NCBI GenBank assembly: GCA_045863395.1 | Contig: BTVJ01000017.1 | Location: forward strand, 50,692-114,691 | Direction: 5' to 3' | Length of the DNA: 64,000 nucleotides | From: Myxococcales bacterium | GTDB lineage: Bacteria; Myxococcota_A; UBA9042; JABWCM01; BTVJ01 | Shown: positions 47,194 through 56,060 of the stretch, piece by piece | Layout: the number at the start of each line of letters is the position of its first letter | Numbering within the stretch: the stretch's first letter is position 1 | Made by a program: the position numbers and the translations under genes | The notes under the pieces: model-generated | Told to the model about the DNA's origin: nothing | What the model saw: only the letters and a program-made list of their open reading frames with translations | Database searches by the model: none

Positions 47194-47646
47194 TCACCGC
47201 CGCTGGCGCCGCAGAGCCGCCGCATCACGCAGGTCCTGGCGCCGCGCCGTCGCCTCCTTGTTCCGGATCAGATCGTCCAGCCCGATGACCGAGACCGGCG
47301 CCCCCTCCCAGTCCGCCGTGACGGCATGAGGGAGCGCCTCCTCGAACGACACGCCGGGGATGGTCTTCAAGAGGTCGATCCGCACGGGCGGTGACCCCAT
47401 GTAGAGGATCTCGTCGTCGCTCCACTCTTCCATGGACGAGAGGACGGAGACGGGCGCACCGAAGGCGCAGAGCGCCGCGGCAAGGCGCGCGAAGTTCTCC
47501 TCGCCTGGACCCACCCAGATGTCCATGTCCTTGGTGAAGCGCGGCTTGCTATGGAAGCTGACGGCGTAGCCTCCCACGAGGAGGTATCGCACGCCGTGCC
47601 TTGCGAAGGCCGTGAGGAGGTCCCGAAAGTCGGGGTGGATCTCCAT
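47194..47646 (-). CDS. Nucleotidyltransferase (DUF6036-like)
   Basis: 'YLLVGGYAV..H..PRFTKDMDIWV', 'RIDLL', 'NK....R.QDL.D'. Confidence 0.85.
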   Translation of the reverse strand: MEIHPDFRDLLTAFARHGVRYLLVGGYAVSFHSKPRFTKDMDIWVGPGEENFARLAAALCAFGAPVSVLSSMEEWSDDEILYMGSPPVRIDLLKTIPGVSFEEALPHAVTADWEGAPVSVIGLDDLIRNKEATARRQDLRDAAALRRQRR

Positions 47647-47821
47647 GTCTGCCCTCCAGGATCAGCGACTCGAGCGCCATCTCCCACGTAGCGGTCAGGC
47701 GCTGGCTCGGGGTCGCTGCCTCCCAGAACCGCAGATCCTCCACGGCCCCTTCGGCGAGCGGAATCCGCCCTCCGCTCCAGGTCCGCCGCCGCTCGTCCGC
47801 CCTCTCGCTCTCCGCCGTCAT
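47549..47821 (-). CDS. Small protein upstream of the nucleotidyltransferase (putative TA partner)
   Basis: 'EDLRFW...TPSQRL...WEM' helical pattern; overlaps the NTase start. Confidence 0.55.
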   Translation of the reverse strand: MTAESERADERRRTWSGGRIPLAEGAVEDLRFWEAATPSQRLTATWEMALESLILEGRHGDPPRLSGPPHGLRKARRAIPPRGRLRRQLP

Positions 47822-48483
47822 GGGTGCAGGGTAGCGCCACGGCGCCGTGGCGACAAGCGAGGTCGCCGGGCCTCGCGCGCTCCGAGCGGTCGGGGTTCGT
47901 ACAGGAACTCCATGAGGTTGGAGTGGCCGCTCCGCGGGAGTCGACTCCAAGCGTCGCTCGGTCCCATCACACGGTCCGCGCACAACAGGTTCGTAGCGGT
48001 CCCTCCCCATGGGACATGGACGGCATACGCTCGCTCACCCGCGGTGATCTGCTGCTCGGGCTCGAAGACCTGCTCACCTGGAGCATCCAGTGGCTCCGGC
48101 CGCTGGACTGCGGCGCGACATACGAGGCTGCCCGAAGCGCCGGGTGTCTCATCAGCCCACCGTCGACCCCATCGCGGCCGGGCGCCACGACAGATCCGCC
48201 CGCTTCGACCCGTCGCCCCGCACAAAACTACCCACTACAAGCCGCCAGAGCCCGTGGCGCCCACCGCCCGATGGTCGCTCCTGACCGCAGCGCTCCCGCC
48301 AACCTTCCTCCGGCCTCCTCTTCCACGCAAACCGCTCCCCGTGTACCCGCCTCGCGCTCCCGAAACCGCGATGAAGGTTCCTCTCCGCCCTATCCGCCGA
48401 ACCAGGAGACGTTCAAGCGTGCAGATCGCCGCCCTCGCCCTCCTGCGCCACACGGGGTGACGGCCGGCGCCCGCGGCGCTATC

Positions 48484-48918
48484 ATGGGGCCCATGGTCCA
48501 CGACCACACCACCACCCTCGCGCTGCTGACCGCCTGGGCCCGCTCCCTGCCCGATGCGGCCGCGGTGTGGCTCTTCGGGAGCCGTGCCCGGGGCGACCAC
48601 CGCCCGGGCAGCGACTGGGACGTGGCGGTGCTGCCGCTCGCGACCGCGGAAGACTCGTTGCAGCGGCGACTCCGCCTGACGGTCGAGGCCGCCGACGCCG
48701 CGGGGCTCTCTGACGACGACCTGGACCTGGTCACCCTGGACGCATGCCCAGTGCTCCTCGCCTTCCGCGTGATTCGGGAGGGGCACTTGCTTGCGGAGAG
48801 CGACCCCGTCGCACGGACGGCGTTCGTCGAGCGCACCTTCCATCGTGCACAGGACGCCATGCGCCTGCGCCACATCGCCGTGGAGGCGCGGGCAGCGCGG
48901 TTCGGGGGATCAGGATGA
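48484..48918 (+). CDS. Minimal nucleotidyltransferase (MntA-type antitoxin)
   Basis: 'VWLFGSRARG....SDWDVAV', 'DLV.L', 'VIREG'. Confidence 0.88.
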   Translation: MGPMVHDHTTTLALLTAWARSLPDAAAVWLFGSRARGDHRPGSDWDVAVLPLATAEDSLQRRLRLTVEAADAAGLSDDDLDLVTLDACPVLLAFRVIREGHLLAESDPVARTAFVERTFHRAQDAMRLRHIAVEARAARFGGSG

Positions 48919-49361
48919 GTCCTCTCGATACGACGCGCATCAGCCAGCGCTGTGAGCGCATCGAGGAGCTCTGTGGCGAGCTGGAGCGGGCCCGGGATCT
49001 CGAGTTGAACGCATTCCTCGCGAACTCCGACGCGCTGGCCGCCACGGAGCGCAGGCTCCAGATTGCGATCCAGTCCGCCATCGACATCGCTGCTCACGTC
49101 GCCGCGGCCCGCGGATGGGCCGTCCCCGAGGGGTACGCCGCGACGTTCGATGTGCTGGCGAAGCGAGGGGTCCTCGACGGCGCTCTGGCCGGCCAGATGA
49201 GGAAGGCCGCTGGTCTGCGCAACGCGCTGGTCCACGACTACCTGGACATCGACCCCGCCCGGCTCCATGCTTCGCTGGCCGGCGACATCGACGATCTCCG
49301 CTCCTTCGTGGGGGCTGTCTCGCGCTACCTCTGGGATGGCGGAGGACCGCCATCGACGTGA
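48915..49361 (+). CDS. HEPN/DUF86 RNase toxin (HepT-type)
   Basis: RX4HXY motif 'RNALVHDY'; ATGA overlap with the MNT gene. Confidence 0.9.
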   Translation: MSPLDTTRISQRCERIEELCGELERARDLELNAFLANSDALAATERRLQIAIQSAIDIAAHVAAARGWAVPEGYAATFDVLAKRGVLDGALAGQMRKAAGLRNALVHDYLDIDPARLHASLAGDIDDLRSFVGAVSRYLWDGGGPPST

Positions 49362-49522
49362 GCGCTGCCCGGAGGCGACTCCCCTGTCCGTGTCCTCCAT
49401 GACCCTCATCACGCGACCTCCCAACAGGTCAAGCCACCCGGACAACGCGTCCGCCGTCAGGCCGCCTGTCTCGGGTGGTCAGTGTGTGACCACCGCACCG
49501 GCTGGCCCGCGGGCCGTGACGC

Positions 49523-51754
49523 TCACACGACGCTGGCGGAGAACCCCACCCGCTTGTCGCCGCCGAGGGCGCTCGCCAGCTCCTCCTCGGCGGCGCGCTC
49601 CAGGTGGGCCTGGGTGAGAGCGCCCGCGGCCGCCGCGCGGAAGGCCGCCTTGAGGACGGCGTTCTTGATCAGCCCGCCGGCCAGCTCGTAGCGACGCCCC
49701 AGGAGCTCCAGGTCGAGGGCGCCCTCGACCGGCACCGACGCCGGCAGCAGTCCCCGCCAGATGGCCGTCCTCTGCACCGCGTCCGGCAGCGGGAAGCGCA
49801 GGCGATAGGTCAGGCGGCGGCTCAAGGCGCGGTCCAGGCGGTCCGCCAGGTTCGTCGCCAGCAGGACGAGGCCCTCGTGGCGCTCGATGAGCGTGAGCAG
49901 CGTGTTGACCGCCGCGTCGTCGTGGCGGGAGGCGTTCCCCTCGCCGCGCTCCATGAGGAGCGCGTCCGCCTCGTCGATGAAGAGCACCGCACCGAGCTCC
50001 CGCGCCTTGTCGAAGAGCCGCTCCAGGTTCTTCTCCGTCTCGCCCACCCACTTGGACACCACCGCCGGCAGGGACGCGACCAGCAGCGGGCGCGACAGCT
50101 CGCCGGCGATGGCCTCGGCGCACAGCGTCTTGCCCGTGCCCGGCGGCCCCCACAGGATGGCGGAGACCCCCTTGCCCCAGGTGAAGTGGCGCCCGATGCC
50201 CCACCGCTCCAGCACCGTGCGGCGCCCGCGGGCGGCGGAGATCAGCTCCTCGACCTGCTCCCGCAGCGCAGGCAGCAGGACCACGTCGCAGAGCCGCGTC
50301 GCAGGGGTCGCCACCCGCGCGTCGTCGTCGGGGCGGCGCATCTGGTCGCGGATCGCGCGCTCGAGCATCTCCATGGTGATCGCCGGCGCGCCCCGGTGCA
50401 CGGCCTCCGCCACGGCGGTCAGCACCGCGTTCTTGATGTACCCGCCCGTGACCTCGTAGCGCTCTGCAAGGGCGTCGGTGTCCACGTCCTCGGCGAAGGG
50501 GGCCGTCGGGGGCAGGTGCTTCCGCCAGATCTCCGCGCGCGCCGCCCGGTCCGGCTCGGGGAAACGCACCTTGACGAGGATGCGCCGCTCCAACGCCTCG
50601 TCAAGGGCGTCGGGCAGGTTGGTCGCCATGATGGCGACCCCCTCGAAGCGCTCGATCTCAGTGAGCAGGATGGTCATCAGGGCGTTGCCATGGCGCCGGC
50701 TCGCGAGCAGCATCTCGCACTCGTCGAAGAAGAGCACGGCGTTCTGCATCCGCGCCTCCCGGAAGAGGGTCGGCAGGAAGCGCCCACCCTCCATGGAGTC
50801 GACGAAGGTCGGAATGTCCACGTTGAGCACCCGCTTGCCGAGCTGCTGGGCGATGCCGTGGGCCATCATGGTCTTGCCCGTGCCCGGCTTGCCGTGGAAG
50901 AGCATCAAGATGCCGCGCCCGTAGCGGATGATGTCGTCGAAGCCCCAGTCGCGGCGGCGCGCCAGGTAGTCCTCGTGCCGCTCCACCACCGCCAGGATGC
51001 GCGCCTTGTCCTCCGGCGCGAGGACCACCTGGTCCAGGCGGACCCGCGGCTCCTCCACCGACGAGAACTCCATCAGCTCGTCGGACAGCTCGCCGCGCCC
51101 CACGAGGTAGCCGAAGGTGCGGCCGGTCAGCTCCATTCCGGTCGCCAAGAGATCCTGGGGGCTCGACCGAGAGCCGAAGTTGACCGTGATCAGGTCCGAC
51201 GCGACCAGGCGCGCCCGGGGCCCGAAGGTCGCGCGGCGCTCGACGCGCTCGGCGAAGCCCAGCTCGTGGAAGGCGAAGACCGCCTCCACCGAGAGGCCCG
51301 CCGACCGCTGGTCCCGGTCGAGCTGCTCGTAGAGCTGCTCGAAGCGGTTGGCAAAGCACGGGCCCGCGGCCAGCAGGAGCACCGTGCGCTCGAAGGCGTC
51401 GAGGCCGTGGGCCTCACACAGGCGGTCGAGCGCCACGGAGCGCCCGGCCTGCCTCGTCGCGTCCAGGCGCCGGTCGATGCGGTCCCGGAGCCGCCCCTCC
51501 TTGGCCTGGAGCCGGGTCCTGCGCTGCGCCAGGGTGCGGGGCGACAGAGGCTCGTCGAACGGGCTCCGCCGCGACGGCTCTCCGTCGAGGCGCTCCAGCT
51601 CGATGGACGCCCCGACGCCCTCCGCGCGGGCCGCGACCCACTGGAGCTCCTCCTCGATGTACGCCAGGTCCGTCTCGTAGGGCTCCGTGTCGGCTGGCCC
51701 GGTCGCCGGGTCCAGGTCCGCGGGCTCCTCGACCACTCTCCGCTTCCTCGCCAT
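49523..51754 (-). CDS. Tandem AAA+ ATPase with N-terminal helical/winged-helix-like domain
   Basis: Two AAA modules (GKPGTGKT/FFDE and GPPGTGKT/FIDE, 'SKWVGETEKNL'); N-terminal 'GLDAFERTVLLLA'. Confidence 0.92.
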   Translation of the reverse strand: MARKRRVVEEPADLDPATGPADTEPYETDLAYIEEELQWVAARAEGVGASIELERLDGEPSRRSPFDEPLSPRTLAQRRTRLQAKEGRLRDRIDRRLDATRQAGRSVALDRLCEAHGLDAFERTVLLLAAGPCFANRFEQLYEQLDRDQRSAGLSVEAVFAFHELGFAERVERRATFGPRARLVASDLITVNFGSRSSPQDLLATGMELTGRTFGYLVGRGELSDELMEFSSVEEPRVRLDQVVLAPEDKARILAVVERHEDYLARRRDWGFDDIIRYGRGILMLFHGKPGTGKTMMAHGIAQQLGKRVLNVDIPTFVDSMEGGRFLPTLFREARMQNAVLFFDECEMLLASRRHGNALMTILLTEIERFEGVAIMATNLPDALDEALERRILVKVRFPEPDRAARAEIWRKHLPPTAPFAEDVDTDALAERYEVTGGYIKNAVLTAVAEAVHRGAPAITMEMLERAIRDQMRRPDDDARVATPATRLCDVVLLPALREQVEELISAARGRRTVLERWGIGRHFTWGKGVSAILWGPPGTGKTLCAEAIAGELSRPLLVASLPAVVSKWVGETEKNLERLFDKARELGAVLFIDEADALLMERGEGNASRHDDAAVNTLLTLIERHEGLVLLATNLADRLDRALSRRLTYRLRFPLPDAVQRTAIWRGLLPASVPVEGALDLELLGRRYELAGGLIKNAVLKAAFRAAAAGALTQAHLERAAEEELASALGGDKRVGFSASVV

Positions 51755-51896
51755 CGCTGTCCTCCCTCGCGCCCTCGCTGGCGCGCCATCGTGCCTTGGG
51801 ATTGCCCGGGCGGTCTCGCCCGGTCTGGCGTCACTACGCGTGGGCTCCTCCTGTTGAGCCCCCGCCGCCTCCGAATCTGACACCGCCCACGGTGGA

Positions 51897-53081
51897 TCAC
51901 CGGTCCGACCCCAACGCCACCACCCGCCCCCACGGAGCGGCACCATGACGTGTAGGAGTCACCCACACTACCGGATAGGGCGGTGCATGGTCCGGCAGGC
52001 GAGTGTAGAGATCCGTCAGCCCGATGAACACGTCCGGGGCGATGCCACGCTCGCGGACCCACGCGAACACGGGCCGGTGGTCCGTGCCCCCGCCGCCGCG
52101 CACCTTCCCATGATGCAGGAAGCGGTCCAGCTCCGCCGGTGGGACGACCTCGCGGACCTTCGTGTCGGCCACGATGAGGGTGAGCTCCTCCACCTCCCGG
52201 GAGATGGCGCGCAGCTCGGCCGCCATCGCGTCGAGATCCGCCGGGGACATGCTCCCCGAGGTGTCCACGGCCACCACCACCCACCCGGCGCGGCTCCCAC
52301 CGAGACCGGGCACCACGATGTCCTCCGCGAGCCAGCGGCGGCTCGGGTGCGCCAGGGACCAGTCGTCGCGGGTCAGAGCCTGCCCCACATAGCGCCGCAG
52401 CAGGCGCTGCCAGGGCACCCGGGTGCGCCCCTGGAGCCCCAGCGCACGGACGAGCCCGCCGGGCATGTCGCCGCGCTGCTCGCTCTGCTCCCAGGCCTCC
52501 ACGGCGGCGGCGATGCGCTCGCGCAGCACGTCGCGGTCCTCCGGGTCCAGGGACACGGGCAGGTGGACATCGATGCCTCCGCCGTGGTCGGAGACCCGCG
52601 GGAGGGTCGCCTCGCCCAGCGTCACGGCGACCTCTGTGGGGGCTGGCAGGGCGTCGCCGAGCAGGTGCTCGTAGATCACCTCCGCGATCCTGCCGTCGAA
52701 GCGCGGGTCGAGCAGCACCCCGTCCGGGGGCTCCCAGAGCGGCAGGCGCCAGTCCGCCGGGTCCCGCATGCACGCCACGAGGCGGTTGATCGCGTAGTCG
52801 GTCGCGCAGTTCCACACGTGGGCCCGCCGCCCCCGCTGGCGCTCCCCGCTCGCCAGGAGCTGGTGTCCCACCTCGTGGGCGAGCACGAAGCCGAGCTGAG
52901 CGTCGCTCAGTGCCGCGGTCCGCTCCGGGTCGAACCAGATGTGGCGCACGCAGTCCGTCGCGGCGATGGCGGGGAGCCCCGGCGCGGCCACCAGCCGCAC
53001 CTGGAGCAGCAGGTGGCCCCAGAACGGGTGCAGGTCGAGCAGCCGCATGCGCAGCGCCGACAGCCGCGCGAGCTCGCTCAC
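51897..53081 (-). CDS. DUF2201-type putative metallopeptidase + vWA-like protein
   Basis: 'AATD', 'LAHEVGH', 'WNCATDYAIN', 'VAVDTSGSM', 'GGGGTD', 'LTD'; GTG start overlaps the upstream stop. Confidence 0.9.
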   Translation of the reverse strand: MSELARLSALRMRLLDLHPFWGHLLLQVRLVAAPGLPAIAATDCVRHIWFDPERTAALSDAQLGFVLAHEVGHQLLASGERQRGRRAHVWNCATDYAINRLVACMRDPADWRLPLWEPPDGVLLDPRFDGRIAEVIYEHLLGDALPAPTEVAVTLGEATLPRVSDHGGGIDVHLPVSLDPEDRDVLRERIAAAVEAWEQSEQRGDMPGGLVRALGLQGRTRVPWQRLLRRYVGQALTRDDWSLAHPSRRWLAEDIVVPGLGGSRAGWVVVAVDTSGSMSPADLDAMAAELRAISREVEELTLIVADTKVREVVPPAELDRFLHHGKVRGGGGTDHRPVFAWVRERGIAPDVFIGLTDLYTRLPDHAPPYPVVWVTPTRHGAAPWGRVVALGSDR

Positions 53082-54039
53082 CGGGACACGGCGAGGCGCA
53101 GGTCGACGAGCTGTGCCGCAAGCTCCCGGAAGGCCGGCACCCCCTTGAGGCGGGCGAGCAGGTCCGGGCGGCGCTTCAGGTGGCGCAGGAACAGGAACTG
53201 GTACTCCGGGTCGAGGCCCGGGCTGCGGGCGAAGCGCACGATGTTGGGCAGCTCGGCGTCGGTGACCGAGGCGTCGCCCACGAGCCACGCGGCCACGGCG
53301 AAGACCGCCGCGTACAGGAAGGACGGCTCCGCCTGCGGGCCGTCGGCGAAGTCCATGGGCTCGCCGCGCCGGATGATCCGGTCGGCGTCCACGCGGCGGT
53401 AGATGGTGAGGAACGTCCACAGGCGCTCGGCGGCCGGGGCGCCGACGGCGGCGGCGACCGCGCGCTTGCGGAGCGGCTCGTCGGCGCGGGCCAGGAGCCG
53501 GCTCGCCATCTCCCAGCTCCGTGGGGTGGGGAAGGCGCCGTCGCCGACCTCGTACAGGGCGTCCTCGCCATAGCGCCCGATGCAGGCGAGGATCTCGGGC
53601 GCCACCCCGGCTCCGCCCGCCCGGCCCAGCCACGCCGAGGCGTCCACGCGCAGGGCCGCTCCAGGACGATCTGGTAGGCCGCCGCCTGGTGGAGCCAGGT
53701 GGTGGCGGCGTTGATCTCGTCGAGGAACACCAGCGCCGGCGCCTCGCAAGCCTGGCGCACCCACTCCGGGGCGAGGAGGCTCAGCGTCTGGCGCTCCCGG
53801 TCAGGGAAGTAGACGCCGCCGATCTCCGCCGGCTCCCGCTGGGCGAGGCGGATGTCCACCAGTGGGAGCCCCTTGGCCCGCGCCAGCTCCGCGGCCAAGG
53901 TGGACTTGCCGACGCCCGGGTGCCCGCGCAGCAGCACGGCGACCCCGGCGTCGAGCGCCACCTCGGCGAGGGAGCGCACCTCTGGATAGCTGTACCGCTC
54001 GACGGTCAGGCTGAGGGGCTTTCGGGTCTTGGTGGCCAT
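53078..54039 (-). pseudogene. MoxR/dynein-related AAA ATPase, frameshifted with apparent internal deletion near 53655-53660
   Basis: 'GHPGVGKS', 'DIRLAQ', 'FLDEIN', 'YQIVLER' in one frame; 'LRVD...FPTPRSWE' in another; sensor-1/Arg-finger segment missing. Confidence 0.8.
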
Positions 54040-54081
54040 GGGTCCTCCCGCGAGCAGCGGCCCGCGTCGGGTGGTGCCGCG

Positions 54082-54627
54082 TCAGAGCAGGACGTCCAGG
54101 AGCTGGCAGCGAAGGTCGGGCTCCTGCAGCAGCACGGCGATCACGTGCTTGCAACAGCCCCCGGCGGCGTCGGCCCCGCCATGCACCGCGTCGGGGCAGG
54201 TGCAGGTCGCGGGCGCGCTCCAGTCGCGGTGGACGACCACCTCGTAGTCCCGCTGGCCGCCCCGCACGGTGAAGCGCCCACCGGGGGCCTCCGTGATGCG
54301 GTAGCTCTTCGCCACCCCGCGGACCGCCTTGGCCAGGCGCCGCTCACGCGCCGTCACCTCGATGTCCATGTCGTCCCTCACGCTCCACGGGTCGGGCGAG
54401 GTCAGCCACACGCGGTCGAGGCACACGCGCCCCTCGGCGAAGCGCTCGGCGAGCCAGGCGGGCCACTCGACGAGCGGTCGCCGCAGCACGCCACCTCGCG
54501 CGGCGACCGTGAAGGTCCGCCCGGTGACCCGCGCGATGCGGTACCCCGCCCCGTGGCACCAGCGCGACCCCCACTGGACCCACACCTGCATCCCTGCGAC
54601 GGGTCGCGGCGGCGGTGTCGTGCTCAT
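54082..54627 (-). CDS. SWIM zinc finger protein
   Basis: 'CTCPD...CCKHVIAV' (CxCxnCxH). Confidence 0.85.
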   Translation of the reverse strand: MSTTPPPRPVAGMQVWVQWGSRWCHGAGYRIARVTGRTFTVAARGGVLRRPLVEWPAWLAERFAEGRVCLDRVWLTSPDPWSVRDDMDIEVTARERRLAKAVRGVAKSYRITEAPGGRFTVRGGQRDYEVVVHRDWSAPATCTCPDAVHGGADAAGGCCKHVIAVLLQEPDLRCQLLDVLL

Positions 54628-54781
54628 CGTCACCTCCACCACCACTACGGGCGGCAGCGGCGCTTTGAGCCCCTCACGGTCACTCCCACAGCACCACGCT
54701 GGGGCCACGCGCGTAGACGAGCCGCACGGTTCGTACGAGGCACCCCGCCGCCGCGAGGGCCTCCCGGTAGCCGTGGAGCTG

Positions 54782-54991
54782 CTAGGCGTCGGTGGCGCTG
54801 ATGGTCTGCTTCGGGCACGGGCGGAGCTTCTTGGTGGACGTGAAGTCCCCGAGCACCGTGCCGGGCTGCAGCGTGCCGAAGCCGGTGGTGCCGTTGCCCG
54901 CCGCGAGGGTCGCCGCGAGGATCAGCTCGCCCCCGTGCATGGAGTTGCGTGCGACGAGGACGTTCTGCTCCGCGCCGATGGAGTACTTCAT
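54782..54991 (-). pseudogene. Truncated phage head gene (decoration/capsid-associated, inferred)
   Basis: AGGAG RBS; 'TL..G...L..GTVLG' pattern; follows the scaffold gene. Confidence 0.5.
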
Positions 54992-55061
54992 GGCACTGCT
55001 CCTGTGGAGTGAAGGGCCGGGGCTCCCCGGCGGGTGCTGTCAAGGGGTCAGGTGTTCTGGC

Positions 55062-55765
55062 TCAGGCGCGCCCGAGCAGGCGGTCCAGCGGGCTCGAAGG
55101 GGCGGCCACGCCCTTGTCGGTGGTGCGCAGCATGCCGGTCCGCTCCAGGGACTGGCGAGCTCGGCAGTCGTCGGGGTCTTGTCCTTCCCGCCGGTCCCCT
55201 TCTTGTCCGCCAGGTTGGGGAGCTTGCCCGCGCCGCCCGCGCCGCCTTCGGCCTTGCCGTCGACCGCGGTGGGCTTGAAGGCGTAGGGCTTCGCCTCCTT
55301 CCACTTGGCGACCACGGCGTCGAGGCCGATGAGGTTGCCGCCCGTGTCGATGGTGATCCCCGAGGTGTCGAAGAGCTTCACTGCGTCGGGGTCGGTCAAC
55401 CCGTGCTTGGTCACGAGGACCTCGCGGAGCTTGAACTCCCGGTGCAGGTCGCCCGCCTTCTTCTCCGCGGCCTCCGCCTCACCCTCGTACTTGTCCCGCT
55501 CGGCCCGCAGCTTCGCCGTCTCCTCCCCCTCGCCCTTCGTCTTGCCCTCGAGGTCGTCCTCGGCCTTCTTCCTCGCCTTCTCGGCTACGGTCTTCGCCTT
55601 CTCCGCCTCGGTCAGCTTCTTTTCGACGGCGACCTTCTCCGCATTGGCGGCGTCCAGCGCCTCGACGTGCTCCTAGGCCGTGTCGTCCAGCTCGCCGAGC
55701 AGATCCTAGTGGGCGTCGCCGAGCTTCTCGCGCAGCTTGGCGAGCAGTTCCTTCAGCTTGTTCAT
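55062..55765 (-). pseudogene. Phage capsid scaffolding protein
   Basis: Lys/Glu coiled coil, 'DPDAV', 'KEAKPYAF', Gly-rich tail; in-frame TAG at 55706-55708 and 55673-55675; probable frameshift near 55155. Confidence 0.72.
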
Positions 55766-55811
55766 CTGAGTCCTCGGTGTGCAGGGAGTGTCGCGGCAGT
55801 GTCCGCGATGA

Positions 55812-56060
55812 TCAGGGCAGGGTCAGTTTGGCACCACTCGTTGGCACAGGGCCCGAGAGCTGAATCTGCCAAGTACCACGGCTCAGGTTTGCGAGTGAAC
55901 AGAACCCGATGGCCGTGACAGGATGACGACCTCCGTCGTCGTCTATCAGCACGTCGCCGACATGTAGATTGACATCGCCCGAAACTTCCACGAGCAGCAC
56001 CCCGTGGAGGCGCCTGGCATCCACTACCGTGACCGCGCTCTTTCGAGTCGACTCAGCCAT
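55812..56060 (-). CDS. Putative immunity protein of the MuF toxin
   Basis: 82-aa ORF overlapping the 3' end of the toxin-like domain; positional inference. Confidence 0.5.
   Translation of the reverse strand: MAESTRKSAVTVVDARRLHGVLLVEVSGDVNLHVGDVLIDDDGGRHPVTAIGFCSLANLSRGTWQIQLSGPVPTSGAKLTLP

Larger units (their letters stand above)
45904..49530. mobile_element. 3.6 kb accessory islet bounded by 21-bp perfect direct repeats
   Basis: cgggccgtgacgctcacacga at 45904-45924 and 49510-49530; no integrase inside. Confidence 0.7.

Noticed and set aside
47830..48480. Possible gene or ncRNA between the two nucleotidyltransferase modules
   Set aside because: No ORF with recognisable motifs and no convincing structure; left unannotated
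49523..51754. Contractile injection system locus
   Set aside because: The ATPase resembles that type, but there are no sheath, tube, baseplate or spike genes
55673..55708. Two in-frame TAG codons in the scaffold gene suggesting TAG-recoded phage genes
   Set aside because: The same module also has an in-frame TAA, a frameshift and an insertion, and the portal remnant ends at a TAG 3 bp before the next ATG; simple decay explains it better
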